From positions 267,490-331,489 of the forward strand of contig JADKFU010000004.1 of assembly GCA_016717285.1 (NCBI GenBank): DNA of 64,000 nt. The letters are read 5' to 3'. Source of the DNA: Chitinophagaceae bacterium (GTDB taxonomy: Bacteria; Bacteroidota; Bacteroidia; Chitinophagales; UBA10324). The translations under genes and the position numbers were made by a program. Positions within the stretch are counted from its first letter, which is position 1. Each line of letters opens with the position of its first letter. Shown piece by piece: positions 1 to 9,725 of this stretch. The notes below the pieces were generated by a model, which was not told where the DNA came from, made no database searches, and saw nothing but the letters and a program-made list of their open reading frames with translations.

Positions 1-658
1 CGCGGATGGTTTCCGTCCAGGGTTCCGCGCCAAGCAGCATATATTTCAGCTTCAGCGCCTGCTGACCAATGCCCCGATTCCTGATTTCTTCTGCCAGGGC
101 AAGTGCATAGGAAGGCGTACAACACATTACTTCAGGTTGAAAATCGCGGAGCAACAAAATCTGCCTGTCAGTCATACCACCGGAAACCGGAATCACTGCC
201 ATGCCTAACTTTTCTCCTCCGTAATGCAGTCCAAGTCCGCCCGTGAATAAACCATAACCATAAGCATTTTGAAGTTTCATTCCGGGTCTCGCTCCCGCTG
301 CAACTAACGACCGTGCATTCACCTCCGCAAACAATTCCACATCGTTTCTGGTGTAGCCAACTACTGTAGGTTTGCCGGTGGTACCGCTTGAACAATGAAT
401 TCTCACCACTTCCTTCATCGGCACGGCAAACAATCCAAATGGATAATGGTCACGCAAATCAGTTTTTCTGGTAAAGGGAAGCTTGTGCAAATCCTCTATC
501 GATCTGATGGAGGACAGTTGAATATTTGCATCCTGCCATTGCTTCCTGTAAAAAGGCACTTGTTGATTCACGTAATGCAACAAACGGATTAACCGCTCAG
601 ATTGCAGGGATCGTAGTTGCGGAAGTGGAAGTGTCTCTATGTATTGATTAAAATACAT
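1..658 (-). CDS. Phenylacetate-CoA ligase family (PaaK-like adenylate-forming enzyme); N-terminal ~219 aa only, 3' end lies beyond the window edge
   Basis: Absent from the ORF track because it is open at the edge. My translation from ATG 658-656: MYFNQYIETLPLPQLRSLQSERLIRLLHYVNQQVPFYRKQW...KTDLRDHYPFGLFAVP...RIHCSSGTTGKPTVVGYT. This matches the PaaK N-terminal layout and the SSGTTGKPT adenylation motif. Confidence 0.8.
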   Translation of the reverse strand, partial: MYFNQYIETLPLPQLRSLQSERLIRLLHYVNQQVPFYRKQWQDANIQLSSIRSIEDLHKLPFTRKTDLRDHYPFGLFAVPMKEVVRIHCSSGTTGKPTVVGYTRNDVELFAEVNARSLVAAGARPGMKLQNAYGYGLFTGGLGLHYGGEKLGMAVIPVSGGMTDRQILLLRDFQPEVMCCTPSYALALAEEIRNRGIGQQALKLKYMLLGAEPWTETIR

Positions 659-1087
659 TCAGCATTATAAGTGGTTGAAATTATGGAATGCCCGAAGAAA
701 AATCCGCATTTTTCAGTTCAGCAAAATGCAGGATGTTATCAGATAGTAAAACAACAGGCGAATACTCTGCTGCCGGATTACTCAGCTTAACATGCTTTCT
801 CTTTTCTCTCGTTGCAATTTAATTGTTGTGTTTGCAATGAACCTGATTAGATTTAAGGACTCATTCTGTGCGGATGCCGGTATGTCGAATGCAAATTTCC
901 ATTGGTCGAAAATCAGAATGAAAAACATGAATTTGCCTTGTTATGTAGTACTTTCGGCACTCTTTTTACACTGCTCATTTTTAACGATGAGAATTTAACG
1001 GACACTTGCTTTTTGTAAGCCGGAATTCAATTGTATGAAGGTAATGCAGTACATTTTCTAATTCAGTTTTCTCCATAAATAATAAAC

Positions 1088-2680
1088 ATGAATAGCCCAA
1101 TGCTGGTCAGAAAAATCTGTGTAATGCTTCTTGCGCTTATTTTGAACGTGAATACGCAGGCACAGTCGCCTCCGAAAAACTGGTTTCAACTTGATCCTGT
1201 GACAGATGGTTATTTTGGAGTAAGCAGCGATAAAGCGTATGATGAATTGTTAAAAGGCAGAACAGGTCAACCGGTGATTGTTGCCGTTATCGATGGCGGA
1301 ACAGATATTAATCACGAAGACCTGAAAGCCAACATCTGGACCAACGTAAATGAAATTCCCGCAAACGGTATTGATGATGATAAGAATGGATACATTGATG
1401 ATATACACGGCTGGAATTTTATTGGTGGCAAAACAGGGAATGTACAATACGATACTTTTGAACTCACACGTCTCTATAAAATGCTGAATGACCGGTTCGG
1501 CAGCAAAAATTCCGCAGCAATTACTACGGCAGAACGCGCAGACTACAATCGATACCTCGGTATTAAAAATGATTTTGAAAGACTGTCAAAAGAACCTGTA
1601 TACAATTATCAATTTTACAAAAGCGTAAAGCAGGCTATCACCAACCTGCTTGCAGATTTGGGTAATGAGAATCCAACATTGGAGGAGTTACAAGCTTATC
1701 AGCCAACCGGCGACACATTGATGATTGCACAACAAATGCTGATTTCTATAATGAAAGAAGGCAACTCTGTAGCTGAAATAATGGAGGAATTGAAATCAGA
1801 AGCAAATGACGTAGCCACTGACGCGCTCTACCATTACAATCCGGATTTTGATCCACGCAGCATCGTGGGCGATAATTATGGAGATGATACGGAACGGTAT
1901 TATGGAAATGCTGATGTAAAGGGCCCCGATGCCACGCATGGAACACATGTGGCAGGAATAATTGGCGCTGACCGTACCAATGCCATTGGCATAAATGGTG
2001 TTGCTGACCATGCGCGACTCATGATTTTGCGGGCTGTGCCGGATGGAGATGAACGCGACAAGGATGTTGCCAACAGCATCCGCTATGCGGCAGATAATGG
2101 CGCGAAAGTGATCAACATGAGCTTTGGCAAAGCGTACGGCTATGATAAAAAAGCTGTTGATGATGCTGTAAAATATGCTGCTTCCAAAGATGTTTTACTC
2201 GTGCATGCCTCAGGAAACGATGCGATCAGCAATGATAAAAATGCGCGTTTTCCAAGTGATCAGTTTACAGATGGAACCACCGCACCAAACTGGCTGGAAG
2301 TCGGAGCATCATCTTATGGTAATAACGTGGCTTCTTTTTCCAATTATGGTAAGAAAAATGTGGATGTGTTTGCACCCGGCGTGGCCATTTATGCGACAGT
2401 GCCCGGAGACAAGTATCGCAACCTTCAAGGCACCAGCATGGCATCGCCGGTAGCTGCCGGCGTGGCAACAATGCTTCGTTCCTACTTTCCACAACTTACT
2501 GCACCACAGGTAAAGGAAATAATAAAACAGTCAGTTGTGAAGATGGAGAAGAAAGTGGATCTGCCTGTATTACCTGATGATAAACCCAAAATGGTGAAGC
2601 TGAAAAAAATAAGCGCTTCCGGCGGAGTAGTGAATGCATACAACGCGGTTCAACTGGCGATTAAGGAAACCTCAAAATAG
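1088..2680 (+). CDS. Secreted S8 (subtilisin-like) serine peptidase
   Basis: Signal peptide ending NVNTQAQ. Asp/His/Ser triad motifs VAVIDGGTD, HGTHVAGIIGA, GTSMASPVAAGVA. Confidence 0.9.
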   Translation: MNSPMLVRKICVMLLALILNVNTQAQSPPKNWFQLDPVTDGYFGVSSDKAYDELLKGRTGQPVIVAVIDGGTDINHEDLKANIWTNVNEIPANGIDDDKNGYIDDIHGWNFIGGKTGNVQYDTFELTRLYKMLNDRFGSKNSAAITTAERADYNRYLGIKNDFERLSKEPVYNYQFYKSVKQAITNLLADLGNENPTLEELQAYQPTGDTLMIAQQMLISIMKEGNSVAEIMEELKSEANDVATDALYHYNPDFDPRSIVGDNYGDDTERYYGNADVKGPDATHGTHVAGIIGADRTNAIGINGVADHARLMILRAVPDGDERDKDVANSIRYAADNGAKVINMSFGKAYGYDKKAVDDAVKYAASKDVLLVHASGNDAISNDKNARFPSDQFTDGTTAPNWLEVGASSYGNNVASFSNYGKKNVDVFAPGVAIYATVPGDKYRNLQGTSMASPVAAGVATMLRSYFPQLTAPQVKEIIKQSVVKMEKKVDLPVLPDDKPKMVKLKKISASGGVVNAYNAVQLAIKETSK

Positions 2681-2721
2681 TTTCCTGCTGTTGATCATAT
2701 CAGGTGATTGCTTATTGATTA

Positions 2722-4095
2722 TCAGCTGGCCGTAATGATTTTGTAGTCGGAATATTTTCGCATATACGTCTGAATAATTCCCTGCACTTCACGATTGTCT
2801 TTGTAATGCTCAATGGATTCTTTTGCTGTATAAAAATTTTGTGGCGTCTTTTTCCTACCGAGAAAACCAAACCCAAGATATTTACCATCTTCCATCACAA
2901 TCACACTACATTCATCTGAAGATCTTCCGGCACCAATAAGCGCATAACTTTTGCGGTCTGATTTAATCATCATCAGCGTTTCATTTATCCGGAGATTATA
3001 GGCAGCAGCGCTCACTTTACCACAACATGCACCATCGCAAATGCCGGAAGCATGATCGTAACAGGCATCATTTGAACGTTGTAGTCCGCACAACTTCGGA
3101 CACAATTTGAATTCACGTAATTTTTCCAAGAGGAAACTACGCGCGGCTTCCAGTGAAGCAAAAGAGGCTACCGGACGATCAAGCGATTTTAATTTTCTGA
3201 TGCCGAAACGTTGATATCCTTTTCCGTCTTCATAACAATACAAACCATAGTTGCCGTCTGTAATTTTTTGCGCCGCGTTAAAAGGTGGAAAATGTTTTTT
3301 GATCTCGGCGGATTCGAGCAGCATGGCCACGAGTTCGTTGCCACAGAGCCGGTAATTGATGCGGTGAATCTGGTTCATCAGGCGCGTACTGGATCGTGTG
3401 GACGAAGTGCCCGAAAAATGACTCTGCACTCTTTTCTTTAAATGCTTTGCTTTCCCGACATACAACACTTTTCCATGCGCATCCAGGAAATAATATACAC
3501 CCGCTGTTTCCGGTAATGTTGTTACTGCATCCTTCGGGAGATTAGGAGGAAAATTAAATTCAGCCGTCTTTTTTTTCAGAAATCCTTCAATCACACCTTC
3601 TTTATCTGTGCGCTGTAAATAACTGAATACTTCCAATGCTGCCTCAGCATCACTTTCTGCACGGTGAACAGACCGTTGCGTAATCTTCAAGAAGCGGCAC
3701 AAATAATCCAGCGCGTAAGATTTTAATCCGGGAACAATCTTCCTGCTAAGGCGCAGCGTGCACAATGTTTTTCGTTGAAATATTTTTCCTTCACGTTGAA
3801 ATGCCTGCTTCAGAAAAGTGTAGTCGAAATGAGCATTGTGCGCAATTAAAGTACGGTCGCGTGTGAAGAATTCAATTTCATCTGCAATGGATGAAAACGA
3901 TGGAGCATCATCAACCATCTCGTTGGTGATTCCTGTTAACTGGCTGATAAAAAAGGGGATGAAAGAATCAGGACGCACAAATGTGATGTACCGGTCAGTG
4001 ATTTTTTCTCCATCGAAATTCAGTATGGCAATCTCCGTGATGTGGTGACGTTGTGCATGATTACCGGTAGTTTCTATGTCTAGTATGGAATACAT
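2722..4095 (-). CDS. DnaQ-like 3'-5' exonuclease fused to a GIY-YIG (Cho/UvrC N-terminal-like) nuclease domain
   Basis: N-terminus MYSILDIETTGN and HNAHFDYTFL (DEDDh Exo I/III). GIY-YIG motif GVYYFLDAHGKVLYVGKAKHLKKRV. Cys-rich C-terminal region. Confidence 0.8.
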   Translation of the reverse strand: MYSILDIETTGNHAQRHHITEIAILNFDGEKITDRYITFVRPDSFIPFFISQLTGITNEMVDDAPSFSSIADEIEFFTRDRTLIAHNAHFDYTFLKQAFQREGKIFQRKTLCTLRLSRKIVPGLKSYALDYLCRFLKITQRSVHRAESDAEAALEVFSYLQRTDKEGVIEGFLKKKTAEFNFPPNLPKDAVTTLPETAGVYYFLDAHGKVLYVGKAKHLKKRVQSHFSGTSSTRSSTRLMNQIHRINYRLCGNELVAMLLESAEIKKHFPPFNAAQKITDGNYGLYCYEDGKGYQRFGIRKLKSLDRPVASFASLEAARSFLLEKLREFKLCPKLCGLQRSNDACYDHASGICDGACCGKVSAAAYNLRINETLMMIKSDRKSYALIGAGRSSDECSVIVMEDGKYLGFGFLGRKKTPQNFYTAKESIEHYKDNREVQGIIQTYMRKYSDYKIITAS

Positions 4096-4181
4096 GGATG
4101 CAAGGTGCGGAACAATGACAATAAGAAAGAGTAAAATCCTTTTATCAACCGGACTTCATGAACATTTGTAAAACGGAAAAC

Positions 4182-4210
4182 CAAATTTAACCCGGATTTT
4201 CCATTTGCAA
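4182..4210 (-). promoter_or_regulatory. Candidate Bacteroidota sigma-A promoter (TTG-N18-TAAATTTG) for the exonuclease/GIY-YIG gene
   Basis: Minus strand reads TTGcaaatggaaaatccgggtTAAATTTG. The consensus TTG-N19-TAnnTTTG is established for Bacteroidetes. Confidence 0.4.
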
Positions 4211-4453
4211 CATACCGCTCCACTTCAATTTAGAATTACTATGGATTTGCTCAGATTTTTCATGCAAGAAATACCTGACAGACTACGAACAGTTATATAC
4301 GTCAGGCTCAAACCCTCTTCTGATTTCAACTAAATCATTCAGGTTTTGATATTTTAATGTATTGCGCAGGAACACTTAGAGAAACAATTCTGAAAATTTC
4401 AGGTTTATTTATACCTTCCAAAAGTTAAGCTTGGATTCCTAAAATATTTATGC

Positions 4454-5086
4454 ATGCATACTCTATATGAACTCATTTACAAAGGAGTGTTTTTAGGAGT
4501 GATCACTGCATTTTCATTTGGTCCGATCTTCTTTACCATTATTGAAACCAGCATTACCCGCGGACATCGTCTTGCGATCAGCATTGCCATTGGAGTGTTG
4601 CTAAGTGATATCCTCATCATTGGCGCATCATTTTTAAGTGTCGGAACATTGATGCAGAATGAAATTATCTCCAATGCGATCGGAGCCGCCGGCGGAGGAT
4701 TGCTGCTCATTTTCGGGCTCTATCATTTATGGAAGCCGGTTGCGACACCTAAAACGGTTGACATCACCAGACCGTCACATTTCAGCCACCTGTTGTTTGT
4801 TATCAAAGGCTTGGTGATTAACACCCTAAATCCGTTTGTATTTATTTATTGGTTGAGTGCAGTTAGCATTGTATCCGTAGACAAAGACTATAATGAAGCG
4901 GAGAAGATCATGTTTTTTGGTGCCGCCGTTTTGTGTAATTTTTTCTTCGACCTGGTAAAAACGTTTCTCGCGAACAGGCTGAAGCACCTGATGACGCAAC
5001 GTACTATGAATTTTATTTCAAAAGCCGTGGGTTGTGGCATTATATATTTTGGAGCGCGGCTTTTATACAAGACCATTATTACGTGA
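4454..5086 (+). CDS. LysE/RhtB family amino-acid efflux translocator
   Basis: 210 aa with about 6 TM segments. N-terminal GVITAFSFGPIFF and size are typical of the LysE family. Confidence 0.75.
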   Translation: MHTLYELIYKGVFLGVITAFSFGPIFFTIIETSITRGHRLAISIAIGVLLSDILIIGASFLSVGTLMQNEIISNAIGAAGGGLLLIFGLYHLWKPVATPKTVDITRPSHFSHLLFVIKGLVINTLNPFVFIYWLSAVSIVSVDKDYNEAEKIMFFGAAVLCNFFFDLVKTFLANRLKHLMTQRTMNFISKAVGCGIIYFGARLLYKTIIT

Positions 5087-5155
5087 TAATGTACTTGATC
5101 AGGTATCATTAATGCAATTCCTAATTCTTTATTTTTAATTCTCAATCCCAAATCA

Positions 5156-6622
5156 TCAATTACGATTAGTATCAATAGCATAGAGCTCCCATCCATCAGG
5201 ATAGGAGCTGATAATTTTAAGTTGATGGTTTTCATTAAGAAATGACCAGTTCAACATTGGATTTTGATCTTTAAAATGTTTAGAAAAGTAATTGTAATTA
5301 AAGAGCAACAATGAATTTGAATCGGGCTTTGTGATACGATTGAAAAAGATATCAATCACTTTATTTTCAACTTTGTAAGATGTAAGGGCACCTATGATAT
5401 CACATGTATACACTGTTTGACCGGCATAAGCCTTCAGGGAAACGGCAAACTCTTTTTCAATACAATTGATCGAATAAATTTTTTGAAAGGAATACCAGAA
5501 AAGCGACAGTTGAATAATTGCAATCGTTAAAAAGGCAACCCATTTAAGTTTCGTTGTGGAAAAATACCGCGCTTCTAATCTCAAAAATGCAGAGTAGAAA
5601 ATCAGCAACACAAACGGGAAACTTTGCAACAGGTAACGATTGTTCTGGTAATGCAATCCGGCAATGAATAATCCGTAAGCAATTATCATCACTGTTATCA
5701 TTCTGATTTCTATCGCGGCAAAATCATTCCGTTTCAGAAAAAAAATAAAAATGATTCCCGCAAAAAGAAAAGCCGGATGAATAATGTTGAAGGTTGAGGC
5801 AGCAAGATTCCAGCAATCATACTGCTGAGCGCCATCCGGATTTTCAAAACTGCTTCTGAAAAAATTCAGTGGAGACCAGGCGTATGCATTCGAAGCATAA
5901 TCAATAAAGAAATTTCCTTCAGAAGTTTGCAGAAAGAGAATTCTTCCGCGTATCAGCCAGTCAGGAAAGAAAGTGCCAGCAAAAATAAGTATCACAACTG
6001 CCACTGCTTTATAGTCTTTAGCCATCCATATTTTTCTCAATAAAAGAAGAGCTGGAAACAGGAGTAGGATGCTTACGGCATATCTTGTAGACAATCCAAA
6101 TCCGGCAAACAAGCTAAATAATGCTGCATATTTTAGAAGTGGTGTTTTCCAGTAACGAATGGCATAATAAACAGATGCAGTCACTAAAAACAGGCAAAGC
6201 ATATCCGACATATCCAGCAATCCGAACCTAAACACATAGGGCGACAAAAAAAAGAAAACGAAAAGGTAGCTTGTGGTCAATCGTTGCTCAGTAAACAAAA
6301 ACTGAATTAACTTCTTCAGATAAATAAAAGCAGCAGCTAAAAAAATCATGGATACTAATTGGAGCGCCGCAATATCATTCCACATAATTTTTGAAAACAA
6401 CCATGCAATCAGCGGATAGAAAAGGGGGAAATACGAATGTTCAATTGTCACTCCTGATTGAAAATACAAATTCAATGCACGGGTAAGTCGAAGGTATTCA
6501 TGAGCATCCTGACCATACAGCCCGTTGAATTGCATGCAGATGACGGCCAACATTTGACAACCGATTAAAAGCCCGGCCACCACAAAATTGTTGGGTGAAG
6601 AAATAATGACCGGAATTTTCAT
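5156..6622 (-). CDS. Polytopic membrane protein, GT-C fold glycosyltransferase-like (ArnT/PMT-like)
   Basis: 488 aa with more than 10 TM helices. First-loop GQDAHEY resembles the GT-C DE-type motif. C-terminal soluble domain. The functional call is tentative. Confidence 0.55.
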   Translation of the reverse strand: MKIPVIISSPNNFVVAGLLIGCQMLAVICMQFNGLYGQDAHEYLRLTRALNLYFQSGVTIEHSYFPLFYPLIAWLFSKIMWNDIAALQLVSMIFLAAAFIYLKKLIQFLFTEQRLTTSYLFVFFFLSPYVFRFGLLDMSDMLCLFLVTASVYYAIRYWKTPLLKYAALFSLFAGFGLSTRYAVSILLLFPALLLLRKIWMAKDYKAVAVVILIFAGTFFPDWLIRGRILFLQTSEGNFFIDYASNAYAWSPLNFFRSSFENPDGAQQYDCWNLAASTFNIIHPAFLFAGIIFIFFLKRNDFAAIEIRMITVMIIAYGLFIAGLHYQNNRYLLQSFPFVLLIFYSAFLRLEARYFSTTKLKWVAFLTIAIIQLSLFWYSFQKIYSINCIEKEFAVSLKAYAGQTVYTCDIIGALTSYKVENKVIDIFFNRITKPDSNSLLLFNYNYFSKHFKDQNPMLNWSFLNENHQLKIISSYPDGWELYAIDTNRN

Positions 6623-6653
6623 GCTAGACTTTCTGATGATAGGCAGGAATCAT

Positions 6654-6661
6654 CAAAGATA
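6654..6661 (-). promoter_or_regulatory. Candidate -7 box TATCTTTG upstream of the GT-C-like gene
   Basis: Exact TAnnTTTG match on the minus strand, 31 nt upstream of ATG 6622. Confidence 0.35.
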
Positions 6662-6810
6662 TTCAGATAGAAGACAAAATGGTAAAGAGGAGTTTTTACC
6701 TCCGATAAACATTTACTATAATATTTACCTTAATATCCCGCGGAAAAAATATTCATGCATAATTAAACCTGATTAAATTCTTTCTTACCAGGTTTTCATG
6801 GCTCAGAAGT

Positions 6811-6843
6811 AAAAACGGGAAACCGCTTGCGCAGTTTCCCGTT
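6811..6843 (-). terminator. Rho-independent terminator of the 6865-7707 lipoprotein gene
   Basis: Minus-strand RNA ACGGGAAAC-loop-GUUUCCCGU followed by UUUUU, about 20 nt after the stop. Confidence 0.75.
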
Positions 6844-6864
6844 GTATTTTAAAATTGAATTTAA

Positions 6865-7707
6865 CTATAGATGAATCACTTTTTCTGTTCCACCATTTAC
6901 TTTCACAACGGCTAAATTATCACAATCACCATTTCCATAATCAATCGACATTACGTCCGTTCCGTGGGTTATCTTTTTAACGCCACTAACTATCCAGGCA
7001 CATGCATCCTTTACAAGAGGTTCTACAATCTGCACTGTAAAAGACTGACCAAGCTGGTCTGTTCCTGAACTTCCACCGGTAATAAGGAATACGTCATCAT
7101 TAGGATCCGGTGTACCGATTCCCTGCGTCCATTCACGATCCCGGTTAGCTGTCCAGGTAATGGTAGAGCCATCAATAAATGTAATCGTTGCAGCTGTAAC
7201 ATCAATGGAAAAATGCACATTTCCATTTGCATTTAATCCCAGGTTTGTGATGGTCTTTGTAAACTGATATTGGTTTAGTGTATCTGTTGAAGTACCGACA
7301 AAATAATTTTCGGTTGTCACAGTCTTCACCGTTCCAACTTGCTGCATGGGACCTGTCCAGGAAATTTTAATGATACCTGTGCGGTATTTGCTATCCCAAT
7401 CACTTAAACACGGAGTGTTTCCAAAATCTACAGTTACAGATTTAGGTGTAACCATCGTGTCATAAGTAACGGTTGCACAGGCAGGTAATTGATCAAAAAG
7501 GCCGCGCGTGCCGGAGATACGATCATAAGCAACAATATTTGCAATATCATCTATCATTGCTGATTCGTTATCTGCGACAGCTTCACTTCTAGCCGCTGAA
7601 ATATCAGTATTCAGAAATGCGCCAGGAGCAGGATCTTTTTGACATGCTGTGAAAATCGAGGCGCCACTTATAAGCAGCGTTCCGAGAATTAATTTGGTTG
7701 ATTTCAT
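6865..7707 (-). CDS. Hypothetical lipoprotein
   Basis: Lipobox ISGASIFTAC. 280 aa, Thr/Gly-rich with beta-rich look and several Cys. Followed by a hairpin terminator. Confidence 0.7.
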   Translation of the reverse strand: MKSTKLILGTLLISGASIFTACQKDPAPGAFLNTDISAARSEAVADNESAMIDDIANIVAYDRISGTRGLFDQLPACATVTYDTMVTPKSVTVDFGNTPCLSDWDSKYRTGIIKISWTGPMQQVGTVKTVTTENYFVGTSTDTLNQYQFTKTITNLGLNANGNVHFSIDVTAATITFIDGSTITWTANRDREWTQGIGTPDPNDDVFLITGGSSGTDQLGQSFTVQIVEPLVKDACAWIVSGVKKITHGTDVMSIDYGNGDCDNLAVVKVNGGTEKVIHL

Positions 7708-8085
7708 AGTTGAAAATTTTTAGTACAAACATCACTTTTCAACTACCATGCCATAGGAGTATTGTTTTATACGACACAACTATGACAAACAGACTTAACC
7801 AAACATTATGTTTTGCTAATAAAACAGAATGCCACTAAATTTCAGTCGATTAAGGATGTAATATTTTCAAGATTGGTTCACGGCAGGATTCTTTTTTGCC
7901 AGCAGCTTGTATCATATATATTATCAGCAAAATGCCAAAGAACCATTTTAATCGAATTGCATATCAACATTATTTAATTTCTTTTATATGCAATCTTCCT
8001 TTATTGGTATTACGATTAATCCGGATTTTTCATTTGCAAAGGCTGCTGCTTTGGATCGCCTTATAAATAGTGTCCTGCTATTAAG

Positions 8086-8123
8086 TTAAAAAACAAAAGG
8101 CAGCGAATCGGTCGCTGCCTTTT
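8086..8123 (-). terminator. Rho-independent terminator of the OmpA-family gene
   Basis: Stem GGCAGCGA / TCGCTGCC (8099-8106 / 8112-8119). On the minus strand it is followed by UUUUGUUUUUU. Confidence 0.8.
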
Positions 8124-8149
8124 GAGGCAAAAAAATCTCACGTCAGTTA

Positions 8150-8995
8150 TTATTTCTGGGTCTCCAGCAACTTAAAAAACTGATCCAACTGTGGCAGAAT
8201 GACAATGCGGGTGCGGCGATTTGCAGCACGTCCTGCGTCAGTGTCATTCCCGGCAACTGAAATATATTCACTTCTTCCGGCAGCAATCATACGCTTCGGA
8301 TCAACAGCATAATCCTTTTGCAGAATGCGTGTTACAGCAGTTGCACGCAATACGCTCAGATCCCAATTGTCTTTTATAAAACTGGTTTTGATGGCTTTGT
8401 TGTCAGTGTGACCTTCCACCATAAACTGTATGTCAGGTTGTGCGTTTACCACCGCGGCAACTTTGCCTAACACTGCTTTAGCAGCAGGGGTTACTTCATA
8501 GCTACCACTTTTAAACAGCATCTTGTCGGAGATAGATATGAAAACCGCGCTTCCTTCCACCTTAATTTCAACATCCTGATCATTCACATCCTGCAATGCG
8601 CCTTTCAGATTCATGACCAACGCCATGTTCAAGGAGTCTTTTTTCGCCATCGAAACCTGCAGGTCTTTAATATAGGCATCTTTCAGGTTCAGGTTATCCA
8701 ACGATTTCTTGATGCTTTCGGCCTGTGTTGCAGAAATCACGGAGAGGTTTTGTAATTGATTGACCGCAGTCGTGTAATTTTCTTTATAGAAAGCATTTTC
8801 CTTTTCAAGGTCACTCAATTTCTTATCATTAATTTCCTTTTGGGTGAGACAGGTTTTTAATTGGTCTTCCACTTTCGCATAATCCGTTTTTAAGGAATCA
8901 TACTTTGCCACCTGGCTGTTAAATTTTTTTGTGCTTACACAGGAAGTCATCACCATCGACAAGGCAATGAATAACGTTAGATTTCTCAGATTCAT
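8150..8995 (-). CDS. OmpA/MotB-family lipoprotein with N-terminal coiled coil
   Basis: C-terminal OmpA motifs VEGHTDN...NRRTRIVILP. Start moved to MNLRNLTLFIALSMVMTSC (lipobox) because a TATTTTTG box lies 19 nt upstream. Confidence 0.85.
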   Translation of the reverse strand: MNLRNLTLFIALSMVMTSCVSTKKFNSQVAKYDSLKTDYAKVEDQLKTCLTQKEINDKKLSDLEKENAFYKENYTTAVNQLQNLSVISATQAESIKKSLDNLNLKDAYIKDLQVSMAKKDSLNMALVMNLKGALQDVNDQDVEIKVEGSAVFISISDKMLFKSGSYEVTPAAKAVLGKVAAVVNAQPDIQFMVEGHTDNKAIKTSFIKDNWDLSVLRATAVTRILQKDYAVDPKRMIAAGRSEYISVAGNDTDAGRAANRRTRIVILPQLDQFFKLLETQK

Positions 8996-9014
8996 AGTTT
9001 TTTTAGATTTAGCG

Positions 9015-9022
9015 CAAAAATA
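9015..9022 (-). promoter_or_regulatory. Candidate -7 box TATTTTTG for the OmpA-family gene
   Basis: Exact TAnnTTTG on the minus strand, 19 nt upstream of ATG 8995. Confidence 0.45.
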
Positions 9023-9108
9023 AGTCATGTAACTCAATTCTTTCTATTTTGAAAGTATACGTTTCAATGATTATTATCATACGCAATGTACTGTTGTTTC
9101 AAAGTCAT

Positions 9109-9138
9109 TTGCATTGATTGTGGATTACTGTATTTTTG
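9109..9138 (+). promoter_or_regulatory. Candidate full consensus promoter TTG-N19-TATTTTTG for the DUF4920 gene
   Basis: TTG at 9109-9111, exactly 19 nt, then TATTTTTG at 9131-9138. The ATG lies 18 nt downstream. Confidence 0.5.
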
Positions 9139-9156
9139 GCAAAAATTCCATCTATC

Positions 9157-9615
9157 ATGACAACTTTCCGATTCGTTTTCACCATGTTGTTAAGCATTGC
9201 ATTGACAGGCCGTTTGTATGCCCAGGAAGCTGCGTATTTCGGAAAAAAAATTGATGATAAAGGTGCCATATCAATGGCCAGTCTTGAAAAAGAGTTGGAA
9301 AATAAAGACACACTGAAAACCAAAGTCACCGGCAAGGTGGTAGAATGCTGCCAGGCGAAAGGCTGCTGGATGACTATCGATAAAAGTGATGGAACTACCA
9401 TGCGTGTAAAATTCAAAGACTATGGATTTTTTGTTCCAAAAAACAGTGCTGGAAAAACGGCGGTAATGGAAGGCATCGCCATGGTGGAAACAGTTTCGGT
9501 AGATGAGCAACGCCATTATGCGGAAGATGCCGGAAAATCAAAAGCAGAAATTAAGGCTATCAACAAGCCGAGCCGTCAATTGGTATTTGTTGCGGATGGT
9601 GTAATTCTCCGGTAG
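9157..9615 (+). CDS. DUF4920 domain protein (secreted)
   Basis: Signal peptide MTTFRFVFTMLLSIALTGRLYAQE and the motif KVTGKVVECCQAKGCWMTI characteristic of DUF4920. Start set by an upstream consensus promoter. Confidence 0.7.
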   Translation: MTTFRFVFTMLLSIALTGRLYAQEAAYFGKKIDDKGAISMASLEKELENKDTLKTKVTGKVVECCQAKGCWMTIDKSDGTTMRVKFKDYGFFVPKNSAGKTAVMEGIAMVETVSVDEQRHYAEDAGKSKAEIKAINKPSRQLVFVADGVILR

Positions 9616-9725
9616 AGACGCGCTGCATCGCGGCTTTTACTAATAAATATTTTTCAGTGCCATTAGTATTTAGGTGGCAAATACCATGATAGGAGGAGAC
9701 GCAAAGCATTGCGTTTCTACACAAA

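Noticed and set aside
792-998. A 68-aa ORF in the gap between the PaaK-like and S8 peptidase genes.
   Set aside because: No promoter box, an odd Cys/Phe-rich composition and no motif. Probably non-coding promoter region.
4191-4211. The 19-mer CCGGATTTTCCATTTGCAA recurs with one mismatch at 8020-8038 (CCGGATTTTTCATTTGCAA); both copies are intergenic.
   Set aside because: A single 18/19 match is near chance expectation for an AT-rich 64-kb window searched on both strands. The first copy is explained as the -33/spacer part of a TTG-N18-TAAATTTG promoter, while the second has no -7 box after it.
7708-8149. Four intergenic gaps (7708-8149, 14601-15042, 37939-38380, 62286-62727) all come out at exactly 442 bp from the track coordinates, which hinted at a repeated 442-bp element.
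   Set aside because: The four sequences show no similarity by eye. Two of the boundaries also move once more plausible start codons are chosen (14531, 38399). I treat it as coincidence.
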